A stretch of DNA of 34,468 bases from Hyphochytrium catenoides (GCA_900088475.1 FLMG01001497.1:1-34468), one strand, 5' to 3'; shown: positions 1-12,776, numbered from the stretch's first letter. Notes: generated by a model not told the origin, from the letters alone. Program-made: numbers and translations.

Positions 1-642
1 CAAAGACACACTTGGCGCTTCTGAGGAGCATCTGGAAGAGGAAATCGATAAAGCGGTAGAAAGGATCAACATTATCCAGCCCACGGAAGCCGAGAAAGAG
101 TCTAGAAAAAGGAGCTTTCGGACTGCGATTGGCAGCCCCACGGCCAATGAGACTGATAGTGCAAGAAAAGCGGTCGTCAGTGAGGGTCAAAGCATAGAAG
201 AAGAAGAGGAAAATGGGAGCGATGAGGCATACATTCAGGGTAGGAAGGATGTCGCTCCCTTTGCTCTTGCCGTTCCGTACTATAAGAGTGTGAAGGGACG
301 CTTTCCTCTTAAAATGCGTTGTCGCTTAGATTGTTCTCTTGTTTGTCTCGCTCTCTCAGACCGACTAATGACTCTTCGTAGAGTTAGGAAGAGAAGTACG
401 CCTTCTAACAGGTGAAGATAACGAAAGAAGAGTTCAGCAAGACCGGTCTCTTTCAATCCCCAGCAGTGACAGCGATGAAGAGAACTCAATGGTCCGCGTT
501 CTAAAGTTTTCTTCGTGTGGTTGTTTGTTGCCTGACATCGCTACTGTTTCTTTCCCTTCTGACTATTCTTTAGATCGATGCCTTCGAGAAGGAGCTCTTT
601 GAAGATATGCAAGCACATGCAGAGGAAGATGAGGAGGATTGA
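1..642 (+). CDS. 3' end of a multi-exon gene with an acidic C-terminus (exons <1-239, 412-491, 574-642); product unknown
   Basis: Open frame from base 2 (KDTLGASEEHLEEEIDKAV...EAYIQG). GT donors at 240 and 492; AG acceptors after CTAAC/CTGAC branch-like and pyrimidine tracts at 411 and 573. Phases are compatible and the frame ends ...SSDSDEENSMIDAFEKELFEDMQAHAEEDEED* (TGA 640-642). Confidence 0.65.
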
Positions 643-1879
643 GGCCTGAAGCCTCACTGCATATCACTTCTTTACTCTTCTATCTGGGCCTTTGAGTCTC
701 TACGTCTGGTTATTTGATCTCATTAGCGTCCGCTAGAGAGATGGGAAATGATCTTCAACGTCAATGCTCTCTACCTTTCCTTACCTCTTCCAATCGGGGA
801 AGTCTCACATCCCTTCGTATTAGCCTTTCTTTTATTTATTATCAGGAGAGTTGCCTCATCTTCACTCCTCTTAAGTCTTTATATAATGGACAAAAGCTCG
901 CGGATAAGCATTTCCCAGACGCAGGCAAGCAGCTTGTTCATTGCGTAAGAGAAGAGAGAAAGCTGTCGCCCGTGTGCTGACGCAGAGAACTACTACTTGA
1001 TATAATGTGAAAAGGAGCGACGAGCGCTATGCAGGCAGGTGTAGAGTTCCTTTGAGGGCTGAGCAGCTAAAGGGACCGGACAAGTACAGAGAAGAGCCTC
1101 CAAGAGTCTTATGGAGAAACGTATAGACGATAGTGATGGAAAGAGCATTGTATAGACGATACGGGAACCCGTCACTCCCGTGCGGTGGTGAAGACGAAGG
1201 AATGATAAGAAGGCTTACAGCGAGCAGACTCCTTTTATCATGCGGCAACGACAAGGGAAAGCAGCAAGACTATTACTTCGATTCACCTTTGTAGGAGTTG
1301 GCCAAACAGCTGGGCTGAGCCAAACCATGTCCTCTATCATCTATAATCTTTCTTCTCGAATAGAGACGTTATAAGCGTTCGTGTCATTATCATTCATTTC
1401 TCCTCTTCAATCCCTTCTGTCACGGCAGAACTCTGCTATGCAGCAGCATCTTCAACACTTATCATCAGTCATTACCAGGCCACGTGCACTGTCAAAAAAT
1501 GAAGCGATACAGCTAACCAGTGGCGGCCCCAACGAGTACTTTCATAATGCCTAAGAAGCTCATTGAGGCGTGTCGATGGTCTCAATTCACAGCTTCTAGC
1601 TTTTCACGAGCCTTCATGCTAGCAAGAAGCGGGACGGAGGATAGGCATCGGCGGCCTGGCGCGTGTATAAGGAGTCATACAGGTAGAGTTACTTCTACAA
1701 ATAATGAGTTCATAATGAGGTCAGAGACCTGTGAAGCACCGGGCCATGCCTGTTGAAGAGTCTCTAGCAACTAATTGCGCGCTTCTGTCTGAGCTTAACC
1801 AGCGCGGGCTGTTATTAGTGCTGAGGAGCTGCCTGATGTGATGAGACCCTCAAACAGCCCCGAATTCTCTGCCACTCTG

Positions 1880-2122
1880 CCGCTATGTCTGTGTCGTCTG
1901 CGCGTCTGAGCCTATGGACCTTGGGACGCTGCTCTTGTATCCAAGGCAGCGCTGTGGCAGTCCCTGTGTCTCTCGCTGGCCCCTGTGTCTGTGCCTCTGC
2001 GCCTGGCTTGTAAGAGTGCCTAGAGTCCGCCTCTGTCTCTCTGCCCATGTGTCTCTGCCCTTGGGTCTTTGCCTGTGCGCCTGGCGCCTGGGCCTGTGGC
2101 CATGCCTCGCGCTCCGCCTCTG

Positions 2123-2154
<32 letters not shown>

Positions 2155-2165
2155 TGTGTGCCCTG
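1880..2165. repeat. Degenerate hexamer-like low-complexity tract (TCTGTG/CCTCTG/GCCTGG) ending in (CT)n
   Basis: Recurrent tctgtg/cctgtg/cctctg units; overlapping ORFs on both strands are low-complexity. Confidence 0.5.
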
Positions 2166-3217
2166 GGGTGGCAGTGCCTTCACCATCAAAATTTGAATAT
2201 TCATAAGCCATCAGAAGCCCTACAGAGGAGGGAGAGAGAGAGGGGTGGGTGGGGCTCCCAAAGGCAAGAGGACATCAGGGCTCATTAGCATGTCCGGGAA
2301 AGGTCCCTCCACCCAATCTGAAACAACTTCAGCCACACTTCTCCATAGATTCTGCTGTACGGGAGCACGAGCCACCAGTTTCAAGTAACCCCCAGTCCCA
2401 CGTGCGGACAGGCTAAACGGGAGACGCTAATCAAGCTGAACATTCGCTCATACACACGAAAGCACGTTTGGCCCTTTTTCAAAGGAATATCAAATTACCA
2501 GTAGGCTTGGTCATGAGACAAAGGACCTTACGTAAGTTTAAAAAACGTTGTGTTTGGGGTGTTCCCATCCATGTCTTGAATCCTAACTCTCCATTGATGT
2601 GTCCGGGGTGATTCTGTGGGGTGGAGAGCACCAACGAAAGATCTCTTCTTCTTCGCAGTAAGCCTAACATAGAACTCTAGAGCTCGGGAAACGAGGAAAT
2701 TGAAGCAAAACGCGGACACGCTTTTCGGTTAGTGAGAGGTTCTCAACATGAGGGCCGGACATGGAAGAGATGCGCATACACAGAGCGCACTATCCAGCAC
2801 AAACCTGCGTTTGTGCTCCATTAGAAATGTGAGTTTGTCATATTAATAGCCTTATATCCTACGACAAACCCGCTTACATTCTGTGTTTGAAAGCAAAGCG
2901 CTGAATGGGTTTGGCGTCTGTGTGTGTTTGGATTTGAAACGAGACAAAAAAGGTTCCTTTCTGCAGCCCGTGGCGCCTACTATTACACAGTAAAAGACAG
3001 CTTTCCTGCTGTTAGAGCAAGGAAGAGGCCGCGGAAGAGAAATAATACTACGGCACAGAAGCAGGCCCACTTCAGAGATCAAACACACAGAGACCGTAAA
3101 CCCACTGTCGCTTGTTTTGTATAAAATGACTAGGGTTATTTAGTATCAGAAGACTCAAACACACACAGAAGGCGAAAGGAAGGTAGTAGTGTGAGGAGGA
3201 AAAAAGTTTGGTCCTTG

Positions 3218-3251
<34 letters not shown>

Positions 3252-3845
3252 CAGAAAAACGGGAAGAAACACCCTTTCTCTCTCTCATCTCGTTGCTCTC
3301 TCTCCTCTCCTCTTCTCTCATCACATTCGCACTCTTTCTTAACCCCCACTTACCTCCCCATGTTCTCATCTCTTATGACTCTGTCTCGAGAAGGGTTGGC
3401 CAAGAAGAGAACAAGTTTCTTCTCTTCCTTCACAAGCGGCTTCCCGTTTTCCAGTCGCCTCTTCTGTTGCCTACAGAGCCATCCCAATCTGCTTTGTCTG
3501 AAGAACAGAAGAGAGAGAAGCAGCGAAGCAAGAGAGAAAAGGACCGAAACGGAGAAAAGGAAAGAAGTGGAGAAAGAGAGAGACCGAAAGACGAAGACTG
3601 AGCTGAGCCACAAGAGGCAGAGAGACAAGCGGCACAGAGAGAGAGGAGAAAGAGAGGAGAGAGGAGAGAGAGAGAGATATATGAGGAAACAAAGACGGCG
3701 ACGCAGTCGTGCCTCTGGCCAGTCGCCTCATTCTTCAAATCCAGCTCCAGAGCACGCAAGCCACACAGCTAACGGAAAAGCTCAAGAAATCTTCGCAGTC
3801 TCTTCGAAACCTCCATAGCTCATCCAACGGTAAAAAGACTCAACA

Positions 3846-4728
3846 ATGGCCGGCACACCCAAGACTGCACCAAAGGCAAAATCTGCCAAGTCGACGCCAA
3901 AGGCGAAGACGACCCCAAAGGCCAAGAAGGAGGAGGCCGCCGCCGCCACCGCAGCTCCGGCCGCTGAGCCTGCTCCTGCTGCTCCTGAGGCTGCAGCCCC
4001 TGCTGCCGAGCCCGCACCTGCTCTGAAGAAGGTCAAGGCTCTTGCCAAAAAGAAGGCTCCTGCCAAGCCTAAGGCTGAGGGCAAGGGCACCAAGAAGTCC
4101 TCTGGTCCTTCTTACTATGACCTCATCAAGAAGGTAAGGAAGAAGATCTTCGATAAAAATCTTTTAAATCTTCATGCTGCAAATCTGGAACTCTTCAAAT
4201 TTGAAATCTCCTGTCTGGAAGAAGATCTCCGTTTATTTTCGAAGACTGACATCCATGCGTTATCCCTCCTCTCGTTGCCTCCTTTTCCAGGCTATCATCA
4301 ACCTGAAGGACCGCACTGGCTCCTCTCGTCAGGCTATCGCTAAGATCGTCTCTGCGGAGAAGGAGGGTTTCAGCGCTCACTACCTCAACCAGGCACTTAG
4401 AAAAGCTGTTAGCAGCGGCAAACTAGTGCAGAACAAGGGCTCTTACAAGCTCGCAGCCGCTGAAAAGAAGGCTCCTAAGGCCAAGAAGCCTAAGGCTACC
4501 AAGACCAAGAAGGCTAAGGAGGGTGCCGAGAAGCCCAAGAAGAAGAAGGCCACCACCACTAAGAAGAAGGCTCCTAGCACCAAGAAGAGCCCAATGAAGA
4601 AGAAGAAGCCCGCTACCGCTACCAAGAAGAAGGCTTCCGTGAAGAAGAGTCCAATGAAGAAGAAGACTGTGAAGAAGGCCACTACCAAGAAGGCTGCCAA
4701 GAAGCCCGCTGCTGCTGCTTCCTCATAA
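3846..4728 (+). CDS. H1: Linker histone H1, 2 exons (3846-4133, 4291-4728), about 241 aa
   Basis: K/A/P-rich N-tail. Globular domain PSYYDLIKK|AIINLKDRTGSSRQAIAK...LRKAVSSGKLVQNKGSYKL. Lys-rich C-tail with KKSP/TPK motifs. Phase-0 intron GTAAGG(4134)...TTCCAG(4290). Confidence 0.93.
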
Positions 4729-6045
4729 AGCAACAAACAAGCTAAGCTTCCAGCTCTTGGTGCTTCTTTAGAAGAGAGAGCGGACATTACGGGGCAAAAG
4801 AAAAGGATGACCAACCTGCTGCAGAGAGAGAACGAGAGACATTGGCTCTCTGTCCGGTGGATCTTCGTTCTCCCGCTCGACTCTATTTGCAAAGCCACCC
4901 GCGACTGTCTTTCTCTCTTTCTATTTTTTTTCTCATGTAAACTTCTTGGCCGTAGTTTTTCCTCCCTTTTCTGTACAAAGAACGGAGGGCGGAGAGTTTT
5001 TCATTCATCTATTGCTAGCTACTAAGTATAATGATAGGAGTAAGGGAGAGAGCAATGCGCTCTCCTCTATATCAAAAGCAGTATCGGCATCGTTGCCATC
5101 CCAGAGTATCTCCATAGACCTTGTGGCCCCATTATCTCCCTCTATAGCACCCGTTTGGTCTTCAGCCTGGCTAATGAATAGCCCACTCCTCAGTTGCTCC
5201 TGCACATTTGAATAGCGGCGAATGTCATCCGATGGCTATCTCGCCAGCATGAGTCCAGCTGGTTCGTTCAATCGTCCGCTCCTCGATTGCTCGTGCACAC
5301 TGAGCACTGGGCACTTCTAATCCGGTTATTGAGGTATCAGTGTGCTTGCTATATCATCAGCAGAATGGATACGGTGGAACGTCACCGTCGTAATGAAGAA
5401 TAATGGAGAGAGAGACCGGCACTCGAGGCGAACGAAACACGTTCATACTCGAGCAGTAAAAAGAAGTCAGTCAAGGAAGGAGTGCAGAGATATCTGGTGA
5501 ACTTTTTGCCATTTATTACGACGATCAACGTGGAAGACTGTTAAGTTCAAAGTAAGGGTGAAGGTCTCTTAAGATTGGGAAGACAGGACATCTTCTCAAG
5601 GACCCGGCTACTAGTCCATAAAGAGGAACAAGAGGATGAGAAAGAAGTTATTAGAGCTGGCGCCAGCGGGGCCGCTACCGGACCCGATCCCATGAGACGA
5701 AGAGAAGGAGAGAAGTGCATGACAGAGGTAAGAAAGAGCCAGAGACAACCATAAAGGCCAATTAAGCAAAAAAAATATTGGCAACGAAAGAGCAGTCTTT
5801 TAGTCTGGAACAAGAGTATCTGTGAGGGTACCGCAGCGGGCAAAGAAGATAGAAGAGTAAGTGAAAATCTTTTAGGATCGTTTCCTTCCACTTCTTCCAG
5901 GCCACAAAGTATACACATTTGTCCTCTGGGCCTCGGGCAGGTTTGAAGGCTGCCGTTCCTTATTGATTCCATCACTAGCACTGAATGTGCCTAACCCATC
6001 TGCCTCTTCTGAGTCCATTCGAGCCAATTGATCCTCGCCAGACGA

Positions 6046-8225
6046 TCAGCCTCCAATCAGAATCATTGGCCTGTTGGGAGAGGCTGCTAGACTCTCCGCA
6101 TCTTCATGTCCTCCCAGTTTGAACTTTTTGTCCATCACGGCCGCTTGCACTACTACGCCCAAATCCTCAGAGCTGAAGCCTGCTCTAAGAGCGTCCCGTA
6201 ACGATATCTCCTCCTGCCCAAAGAGACAAACCTACGAGAAGGAGCACAGTCAGAATACAAAGATGAGAGCAAGGACGATAGGAGCTGTAAGAAGCAAGGA
6301 GGTGACCGAGGTTATGTAAAGTCCCACGAGGACTTGCACGGAGGCTAAGAGAACCCGAGAAAGCTGGCTTGTCGATATAGCCGCAGGAAGTGAACAGCAG
6401 AGTGGATAGATCGAGAAAGCCGTTGGGGCTAAAGAAGCGAAGGAGACCAGGGTGGCGGAGAGAAAGCGGCAGATACCTTCAAATTGCCATCTGCAGTCAG
6501 TCTCAGTCGATTACAGCTGCCACAGAAGTGCTCCGTCATCGAGGTGATAAAGCCAAATTTCCCTTTGTATCCTCGAACTCTGTACGCTTTTGACGTGTCA
6601 TTTTCCTCATCTCTCTCCCTCACCACCGCCTCTCCATACTCTCTCTTTACTCTCTCCAGAACTTCCTTGTACGGGACAAGCGTCGAGCTATGCCACTCAT
6701 TTCGGTCAAACGGCATCCACTCAATGAAGCGTACATATATAGGAAGTTCCCTTGTCTTCTCAATGAAGCTAGTGACTTCTTCGTCGTTCACTCCACGCAT
6801 CAGGACGCAGTTGACCTTCACCTCTCCTTCTGGAAAGAGAGAGACAGCATCCTCCATGGCCTTCAGTACCCTGTCTAGCCCTCTTCTTCTTGTCATTCTT
6901 TCAAATTTTCTTTCTTCCAATGTATCTAAGCTTATGTTGACAGATGTGAGACCTGCAGCTCTCAAGTCTGGAGCTATCCGAGAGAGAATGAGGCCATTCG
7001 TAGTCATTCCAATCTTTTCAATGCCATGAAGGGCGCTAAGCCTCTCGATAAGATGAATGAGGTCCTTCCGTAGCGAGGGCTACGCAAGCAAGACGTAGGA
7101 AAAGTACAGCGAATGTTACTTATGGGAAAGAGCACCAGCGGGCTAGACCATATTAGGAACAAGCAAAAGAGGGAGAAGGAAGAGCCGCAACGACAAAGAC
7201 GAATATATCCAAGCATCCTAAATAGAGATAGGAGAGAGTAAGACAGCGCAGGAGAAAGAAGAGTGAGAAGAGATTGGCAAACGTAGTCCCAACCTCTCCT
7301 CCCGTTAGGCGGATCTTCTTCACGCCATGCGCAGCAAAGATCCCGGCCAGTCTCACTATCTCATCCGTCGATAGGAGCTCTGCATGTGGCTGGAGCTGCA
7401 CGCCGTCCTCTGGCATGCAGTAGATGCACCGCAGATTACATCTCTCCGTGAGAGATATTCTAAGATATGTATGCACGCGTCCAAATCTGTCACTCAAATG
7501 AGAGGACTGCGGGTTGTGCTGCAAAGAATCGGTGGTTAGGTCCTGACATCGTGAAGACATGCACGAGAAGAGAGAAGAATCTTCGAAAAGGGTTGAGCTA
7601 ACAGAGAGGAAGAGCAACGAAAAAGCAAAAGGAGAGAATGGAAGAAGAGGGGTGGGGGACAGCCACATAGAGAGCTCAACGGCACGAAGGAGGCCATTCA
7701 ACGGCAACGCGCAAGGAGGTGAGGATGTAAAAGCCAGTGCAATGCCTGGGGTCCTACTAATCCCAGAGAGGAAATGGGAGAGATGTGAAAGAGGAAGAGA
7801 AGAGAGAATAAAGCAGATAAGGCGGCGAGAGAGAGAAACCTAAAGGAAGCGCAACAATTAACCGTCATAGCATTGGAGAGATAGAGCTACGAGGTGCAGA
7901 GACTTACCTGCTTCATCTTCTGGATGCGCTCTCGGAGCTCTTCAACACTCATTTTGTGCTCGCCTTCCTTCCATAGCCTTCCTCGGTTGCCTTGTCTCCC
8001 GCCGGAGCTGCGGACAAAGCTGCGAAGTTCAGGGCCTTCTGTGAGCTTCTTCCTGAGTTCTTGCAGACGAGTGTCTCGTTCTCCTTCGCTTTCCTCCGCA
8101 CACGCTGAGGAAGAAAATAAGTGGAAGCTGGGAAGCCATCGTCCTGGAGCCGGTCTCTTTCTTCCCCTTTTCGCTGCACTCTGACGCAGCAGTGGACTCC
8201 GCAGGTAGCTTTGAACTATGCTCAT
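6046..8225 (-). CDS. MOCS1A: GTP 3',8-cyclase (molybdenum cofactor biosynthesis protein A; MoaA/MOCS1A/CNX2), 4 exons: 8225-7908, 7542-7294, 7079-6477, 6231-6046
   Basis: Radical-SAM motif [19 protein letters not shown]; RLTGGE|P; MTTNG; VNISLDTL; RFIEWMPF; second cluster motif [17 protein letters not shown]|VCLF; C-terminal NRPMILIGG*. All three introns are GT-AG phase 0. Exon 1 (R/S-rich, transit-peptide-like) is less certain. Confidence 0.93.
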
Positions 8226-9549
8226 GCCACCTCTCTCAAGGATGCCTGTCTGGCGCTCTGTGTCAAGAACTAGGAAACGCAAGTACGTCCGTGAAGCGAG
8301 AAAGGACCTTTCCTGCACAGTGGCCGCCAATCACGCGGATGGCCAGGTGTCAGGCAAGCCAGATCAGAAGTCAAGTGGATAACACCTTGTACCTTGCCAG
8401 CACTGGAGACGAAGTTAAGAGACAGATGGGCCCTTTGGCTCTCTACCTATTAAAAGGACGGACACAGAGGACAGATAAGCGCCGGTAGCCAAGGATGCAG
8501 AGCACTACGGAGAGGATAGTTCTAAAGCATGCAGGGAGAGCTTGAGAGCTTTGTCCTGAAGCTTCCACAAGCCTGAAAGAGTCTGGAAGGCCCAGATGGA
8601 GCTGGAAGGCCCAAGACGATAGAGATCACTGAGAGAAGAAGCTTCATCGCACGAGGTCAGAATGCGACAAACACCCCATCTGATGCGGCTTATTCCGGAT
8701 ATATAACCAAATTCCTATTCTTTACAGGAATAGAGCCGGACGTGATTCCAGATACGATGCTTCAAGATGTTGGTTTCTCTAGCTAGTCAGAAAGAGTGGA
8801 CTGAGGTGATGGCGGAGGGAGTTATTCCTGGCTCTTCCATCAGCAGCTCCATCAGCAGCGATCGGTAGAAAGAGCTCTGGCTGGGCATCCAAGAGCTGTC
8901 ACACATCCTTCTTCATCAGCGAGGTGACCTACAGCTCGTCCGGGTCATCGGGTGAGACTCTGCTGCTGACGTTGACAGTGGAAAATACTATAAAGCTACA
9001 GGTCATGTGGATCATCAAAGAGGTCTCAATTCTCTGGTGCCAATGTGGCCCGAGTCTTATCAATGTCCCTTGTAGAAGATGCTAACACTGGACGAACAGC
9101 AAACTTAACACCAAGGCCCTAGTTTTACCCCCATATGACCGACATATTGAATGCAGGAAAACTTTGTCCTGCTGGTGCTTATGACATCGTGCCAACATTG
9201 AAGACTTGATCCATCGGTAACGGAGGAAACAGACCTGCGGCGGTGAGGAATCTGGCCGCAAATGGGAGTGAGGACTGCCTCTAGCCAGCGTCATCCGATG
9301 AAAGATGGACTGAACATACTTATACGGGGAAATGCTGGAGGTCAGGCAGAGGTCAAAAAGAAAGCTGGAAGATGTACAGAGAAACAAACGGTGCAAGCCC
9401 TGTCATTTATAATATTATCAGTGCTAGAGATCTCAATGAGTCTCCGCAGGAAGCTCATCTGTCCAATGTTGGACCTACATTAAATATCAACATAGACTGG
9501 TATCTACCCCTCCTTGTAGATCCCTTAACGATAGTTTCTTTGACTCATT

Positions 9550-9568
9550 GGTGGTGTTAATAAACACC
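9550..9568 (-). promoter_or_regulatory. Histone mRNA 3' stem-loop of H2A (GGTGTT TATT AACACC ACC)
   Basis: 6-bp stem, 4-nt loop, ACC tail, about 75 nt after the H2A stop; same stem in the other three core histone genes. Confidence 0.9.
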
Positions 9569-9643
9569 AGAGATAGAAGAAATGCCCTTTCTCCCAACTG
9601 CGAAGAGGGAAAAAGAGGCTGGAAGTACTGCCGAAGGAGAAAC

Positions 9644-10029
9644 TTAAGCCTTAGCGCTCTTGGACTTCTTGGGCAGAAGGACAGCGTGGATGTTGGGAAG
9701 GACACCACCAGAANNNNNNNNNNNNNNNNNNNNNNNNNNNNNNNNNNNNNNNNNNNNNNNNNNNNNNNNNNNNNNNTGTGGCGAGGGACGATACGGCTCT
9801 TCTTGTTGTCGCGAGCAGCGTTGCCTGCAAGCTCGAGAATTTCTGCAGTCAGGTACTCCAGAACAGCAGCGAGGTAGACGGGAGCACCGCCTCCAACGCG
9901 CTCAGCGTAACGGCCATTCTTAAGGAAACGAGCCACACGACCAACAGGGAACTGAAGGCCGGCCTTTGCGGAACGGCTGACGGACTTGCCGCTCTTCTTG
10001 CCACGTCCACCCTTGCCCTTGCCAGACAT
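9644..10029 (-). CDS. H2A: Histone H2A (interrupted by N-gap 9714-9776)
   Basis: [10 protein letters not shown]...[20 protein letters not shown]...[33 protein letters not shown], gap, then [22 protein letters not shown] (TAA at 9644-9646) in another frame. The shift is explained by gap sizing (63 N vs about 61 expected). Confidence 0.96.
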
Positions 10030-10430
10030 CTTGATTAAGGTTTATGTTGAAGGTTCAACGGAGCGTTGGTCTTGTGCTGGAGAAGTCAAAATCGATTGTG
10101 AGTGAGGAGTGACAGTGAGTGCAGGGTGATGATGAGGTGCTGCCGGATCTGAATATTTGAACTGAGACATGGAGATCTTGGAAGGAGAGAGAGAGCGTGA
10201 AAGAGAGAGAAAGAGAGAGAGACAGAGGGACTTCTTTCAACTAGGGAGGCAGCCCACAGATAATGCTAGACATATACAAGAACCTATGGTCAGGGAGACA
10301 GAGTGAGGTGAAGAGATAGGAGCCAAGCGAAAACAGGAATAGTCCGGAAACAGAGAGAAGGGAGAGATATACTGTTTGATGCTTTGGAGCGATGGTTCGA
10401 CCATTGGGAGACAAAAGGCCCAAACACCCG

Positions 10431-10784
10431 ATTCCGCCAATCATGTCCCTGGAATGTTTCGTTTGCGTTACTAAGGAAATAATCAGTACTACATAGTATA
10501 CCACTGAGAACTTTCATGCTTGAATAATACAGTCGTTGCATTAATTTCGCAGATTTGAACTAAAAGTTGTGGAAGTTTGGCGCTACCTCCCAAAGGTATG
10601 CTACTCTGATAAGCCTGGAGCAAAAGGATTTAGGTACACAGTGAGCAGATTTTGCAGAGTAGGCAGAAATGAGAGAATCCAGTGGGCACCGTATTCCGCC
10701 AATCAGCTGCCACATGGCCCCTGACTACCTTCAGTCCTAGATCCTCATACTTTATATGCATGTAGGAAATTTGAAATTTCAAAT
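10431..10784. promoter_or_regulatory. Bidirectional H2A/H2B promoter elements: ATTCCGCCAATCA x2 (10431, 10693), TTTGAA (10554), TTTGGCGC (~10576), palindrome ATTTGAAATTTCAAAT (10769-10784)
   Basis: Motifs read directly from the sequence between divergent start codons; the function (CCAAT, E2F-like, CHR-like) is inferred. Confidence 0.55.
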
Positions 10785-11158
10785 CACAGTCACCTAGATT
10801 TCTATAGAGGCATAGAGAGGCTAGGAGAGCGGCTCTTCTAAAGAACAGAGAGATACAGAGAAAACCCAGTAGGGAAAGGAATAGATGAGAGACAGAAACA
10901 AAAGAGATCTTGAAGTCTCCAAGAGGCCAAGTTACTGGAGAGAGACAGAGAGAAAGAGAGAAAGAGTGAGAGAGAGACATAGAGAGGCACTGTCCTAGTT
11001 GAATACGAGCCAGAAGAGGGAGGGAAAAGGGAAAGCAAGCTGATCTTCCCTCGGCCTCAATTTACCCCAACAGCTCATCCCTCACAACACAATTTGCCCT
11101 CCTCACCTGAAGTGAAGCCTATCGACTACTGTTCAGCAGTCCCAACCTACTCAGAACC

Positions 11159-11504
11159 ATGGCCAAGACCCNNNNNNNNNNNNNNNNNNNNNNNNNNNNN
11201 NNNNNNNNNNNNNNNNNNNNNNNNNNNNNNNNNNNNNTACAAGGTCCTCAAGCAGGTCCACCCTGACACTGGTATCAGCAAGCGCGCTATGTCGATCATG
11301 AACTCTTTCATCAACGACATCTTCGAGCGCATTGCTCTTGAGGCTGGCCGCCTGGCTCGCTACAACAAGAAGTCCACCCTCTCTTCCCGCGAGGTTCAGA
11401 CCGCTGTGCGCCTCATGCTCCCTGGTGAGCTTGCCAAGCACGCTGTCTCTGAGGGTACCAAGGCTGTGACCAAGTTCACCGCCTCTCCTGGTGCTTCCGC
11501 TTAA
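11159..11504 (+). CDS. H2B: Histone H2B (N-tail interrupted by N-gap 11172-11237)
   Basis: ACCATGG start giving MAKTP, gap, then [33 protein letters not shown]...[24 protein letters not shown]. Confidence 0.96.
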
Positions 11505-11569
11505 GCGTCTTAAAGGAGATCTTCTCCACTTTTGGAAGAGCTTGTTGCTCTTTTAAACCTTTCTACTCT

Positions 11570-11588
11570 GGTGTTTCTAAACACCACC
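11570..11588 (+). promoter_or_regulatory. Histone mRNA 3' stem-loop of H2B (GGTGTT TCTA AACACC ACC)
   Basis: Identical 6-bp stem and ACC tail, about 65 nt after the stop. Confidence 0.9.
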
Positions 11589-11904
11589 ATGCTTACAAAG
11601 AGATTTATCTTATTGGGGTGTGAGCCTTGTTTACTTATTATAAAAGAGGTCCGCACCTCTTCATATAAATCAAACCACAATAATTTATGTACCATCATAT
11701 CATGAGCAATACGCAGCCTCCCTTTGCGACGGGTTGATCGCTTCTTTCGTTCTCTTTTATGTCCATTACATCTGGTTTGGTGCCTTGCTCTTAGCTGCAA
11801 AAGGACCTTTGTAATAATGGCTTGCTACATAGTCTTTCAGGGGAACTAATTCCCGTCTTGCTATGATTAAAGCGCTTGTCCGGCGCTAGTAAAGGCAAGT
11901 CGCT

Positions 11905-11992
11905 AATGTTTCTTAGCAGAGACGGGGCTCGCTGGCCCATGCAAAAAGGCTACAGAGTCACAATGTTTCTTAGCAGAAAGGCTACAGAGTCC
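11905..11992. repeat. Small interleaved direct duplication (AATGTTTCTTAGCAGA x2; AAAGGCTACAGAGTC x2)
   Basis: Exact 15-16 bp repeats arranged A..B A B. Confidence 0.7.
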
Positions 11993-12757
11993 CTACGAGT
12001 AATAGAACAAAACTAACCTTTTATTTGTAAGCGACCGGAGTCCTACTAATACTAAAGTGAAAGGGCAGTAAGGACCCGTTTGCTTTCTTCCGCAGTATCG
12101 GTAGATACCTTGCTTTGCTTCCTCTGTTAGTAGTGACACTCTCAGCAATCCCGTGCTCTTGTAAGGATAGCGTTAGCACGCACTGCGATCCTTTAAGTGG
12201 CATCATCACGACAGCGCTAGATGCAGCTGTAATGAGCGAAGTTCCATTGTTCATAGAGAATAGTTGCTCACAATGGAAGTGGCCAACGTGGCACGAAGAG
12301 TAGTTCACTGAAGAGTACTCCGCCTTAGAAGAGTCTATAAGTCAAGAATGAATACCAGCAGTGGAGTAGGAGACTAGAGCTTTCAATAACGTTCCTACCG
12401 AGCGCTACTGACGGATGCAAGACATCCATAGAGTTATTGGCTAGTAGTGTTTGCCAGCGCTTGTTATGGTCGAATCTTCGAGCTAAAATGTTACCCAGGG
12501 CCAAGGAGCTGTTAGCAAAAGGGCTTTCTGGTGACGAAAGGGCCAAGACTAGTAACGTTACGCCATCATGACGTCGGGACTAACGCTGGAAAAGTGGCAA
12601 GTTATCGGCACAGGAGTGGTGGGCGAAGACTTTGAATACGGCGTAAAGCTCCGTCGATCTCCGTCAAAAGGAGCAGACGACAGCTATAAATTATTCTTAG
12701 GGTAATTATGATAGGCTTTGTCTATCCACCATCAAGATAAAACTTCTTCGTACACAG

Positions 12758-12776
12758 GGTGGTGTTTATAAACACC
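12758..12776 (-). promoter_or_regulatory. Histone mRNA 3' stem-loop of H3 (GGTGTT TATA AACACC ACC)
   Basis: Identical stem and ACC tail on the minus strand, about 67 nt after the stop. Confidence 0.9.

Noticed and set aside
2300-2800. Protein-like minus-strand frames with stops (similarly 8570-9480 and 18881-19500)
   Set aside because: No recognisable family motifs; needs BLASTx.
3072-3818. ORFs rich in SLSL/ERER (also 13157-13825, 14162-14549, 24377-24730)
   Set aside because: Translations of (GA/TC)n microsatellites, not proteins.
5547-6045. Possible MoaC cistron downstream of MoaA
   Set aside because: No MoaC motifs visible in the downstream frames.
9714-11237. Apparent frameshifts in H2A and H2B, and the extended 180-aa H2A ORF
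   Set aside because: The shifts fall within N-runs whose length is only estimated; both sides are canonical, so these are not pseudogenes or novel variants.
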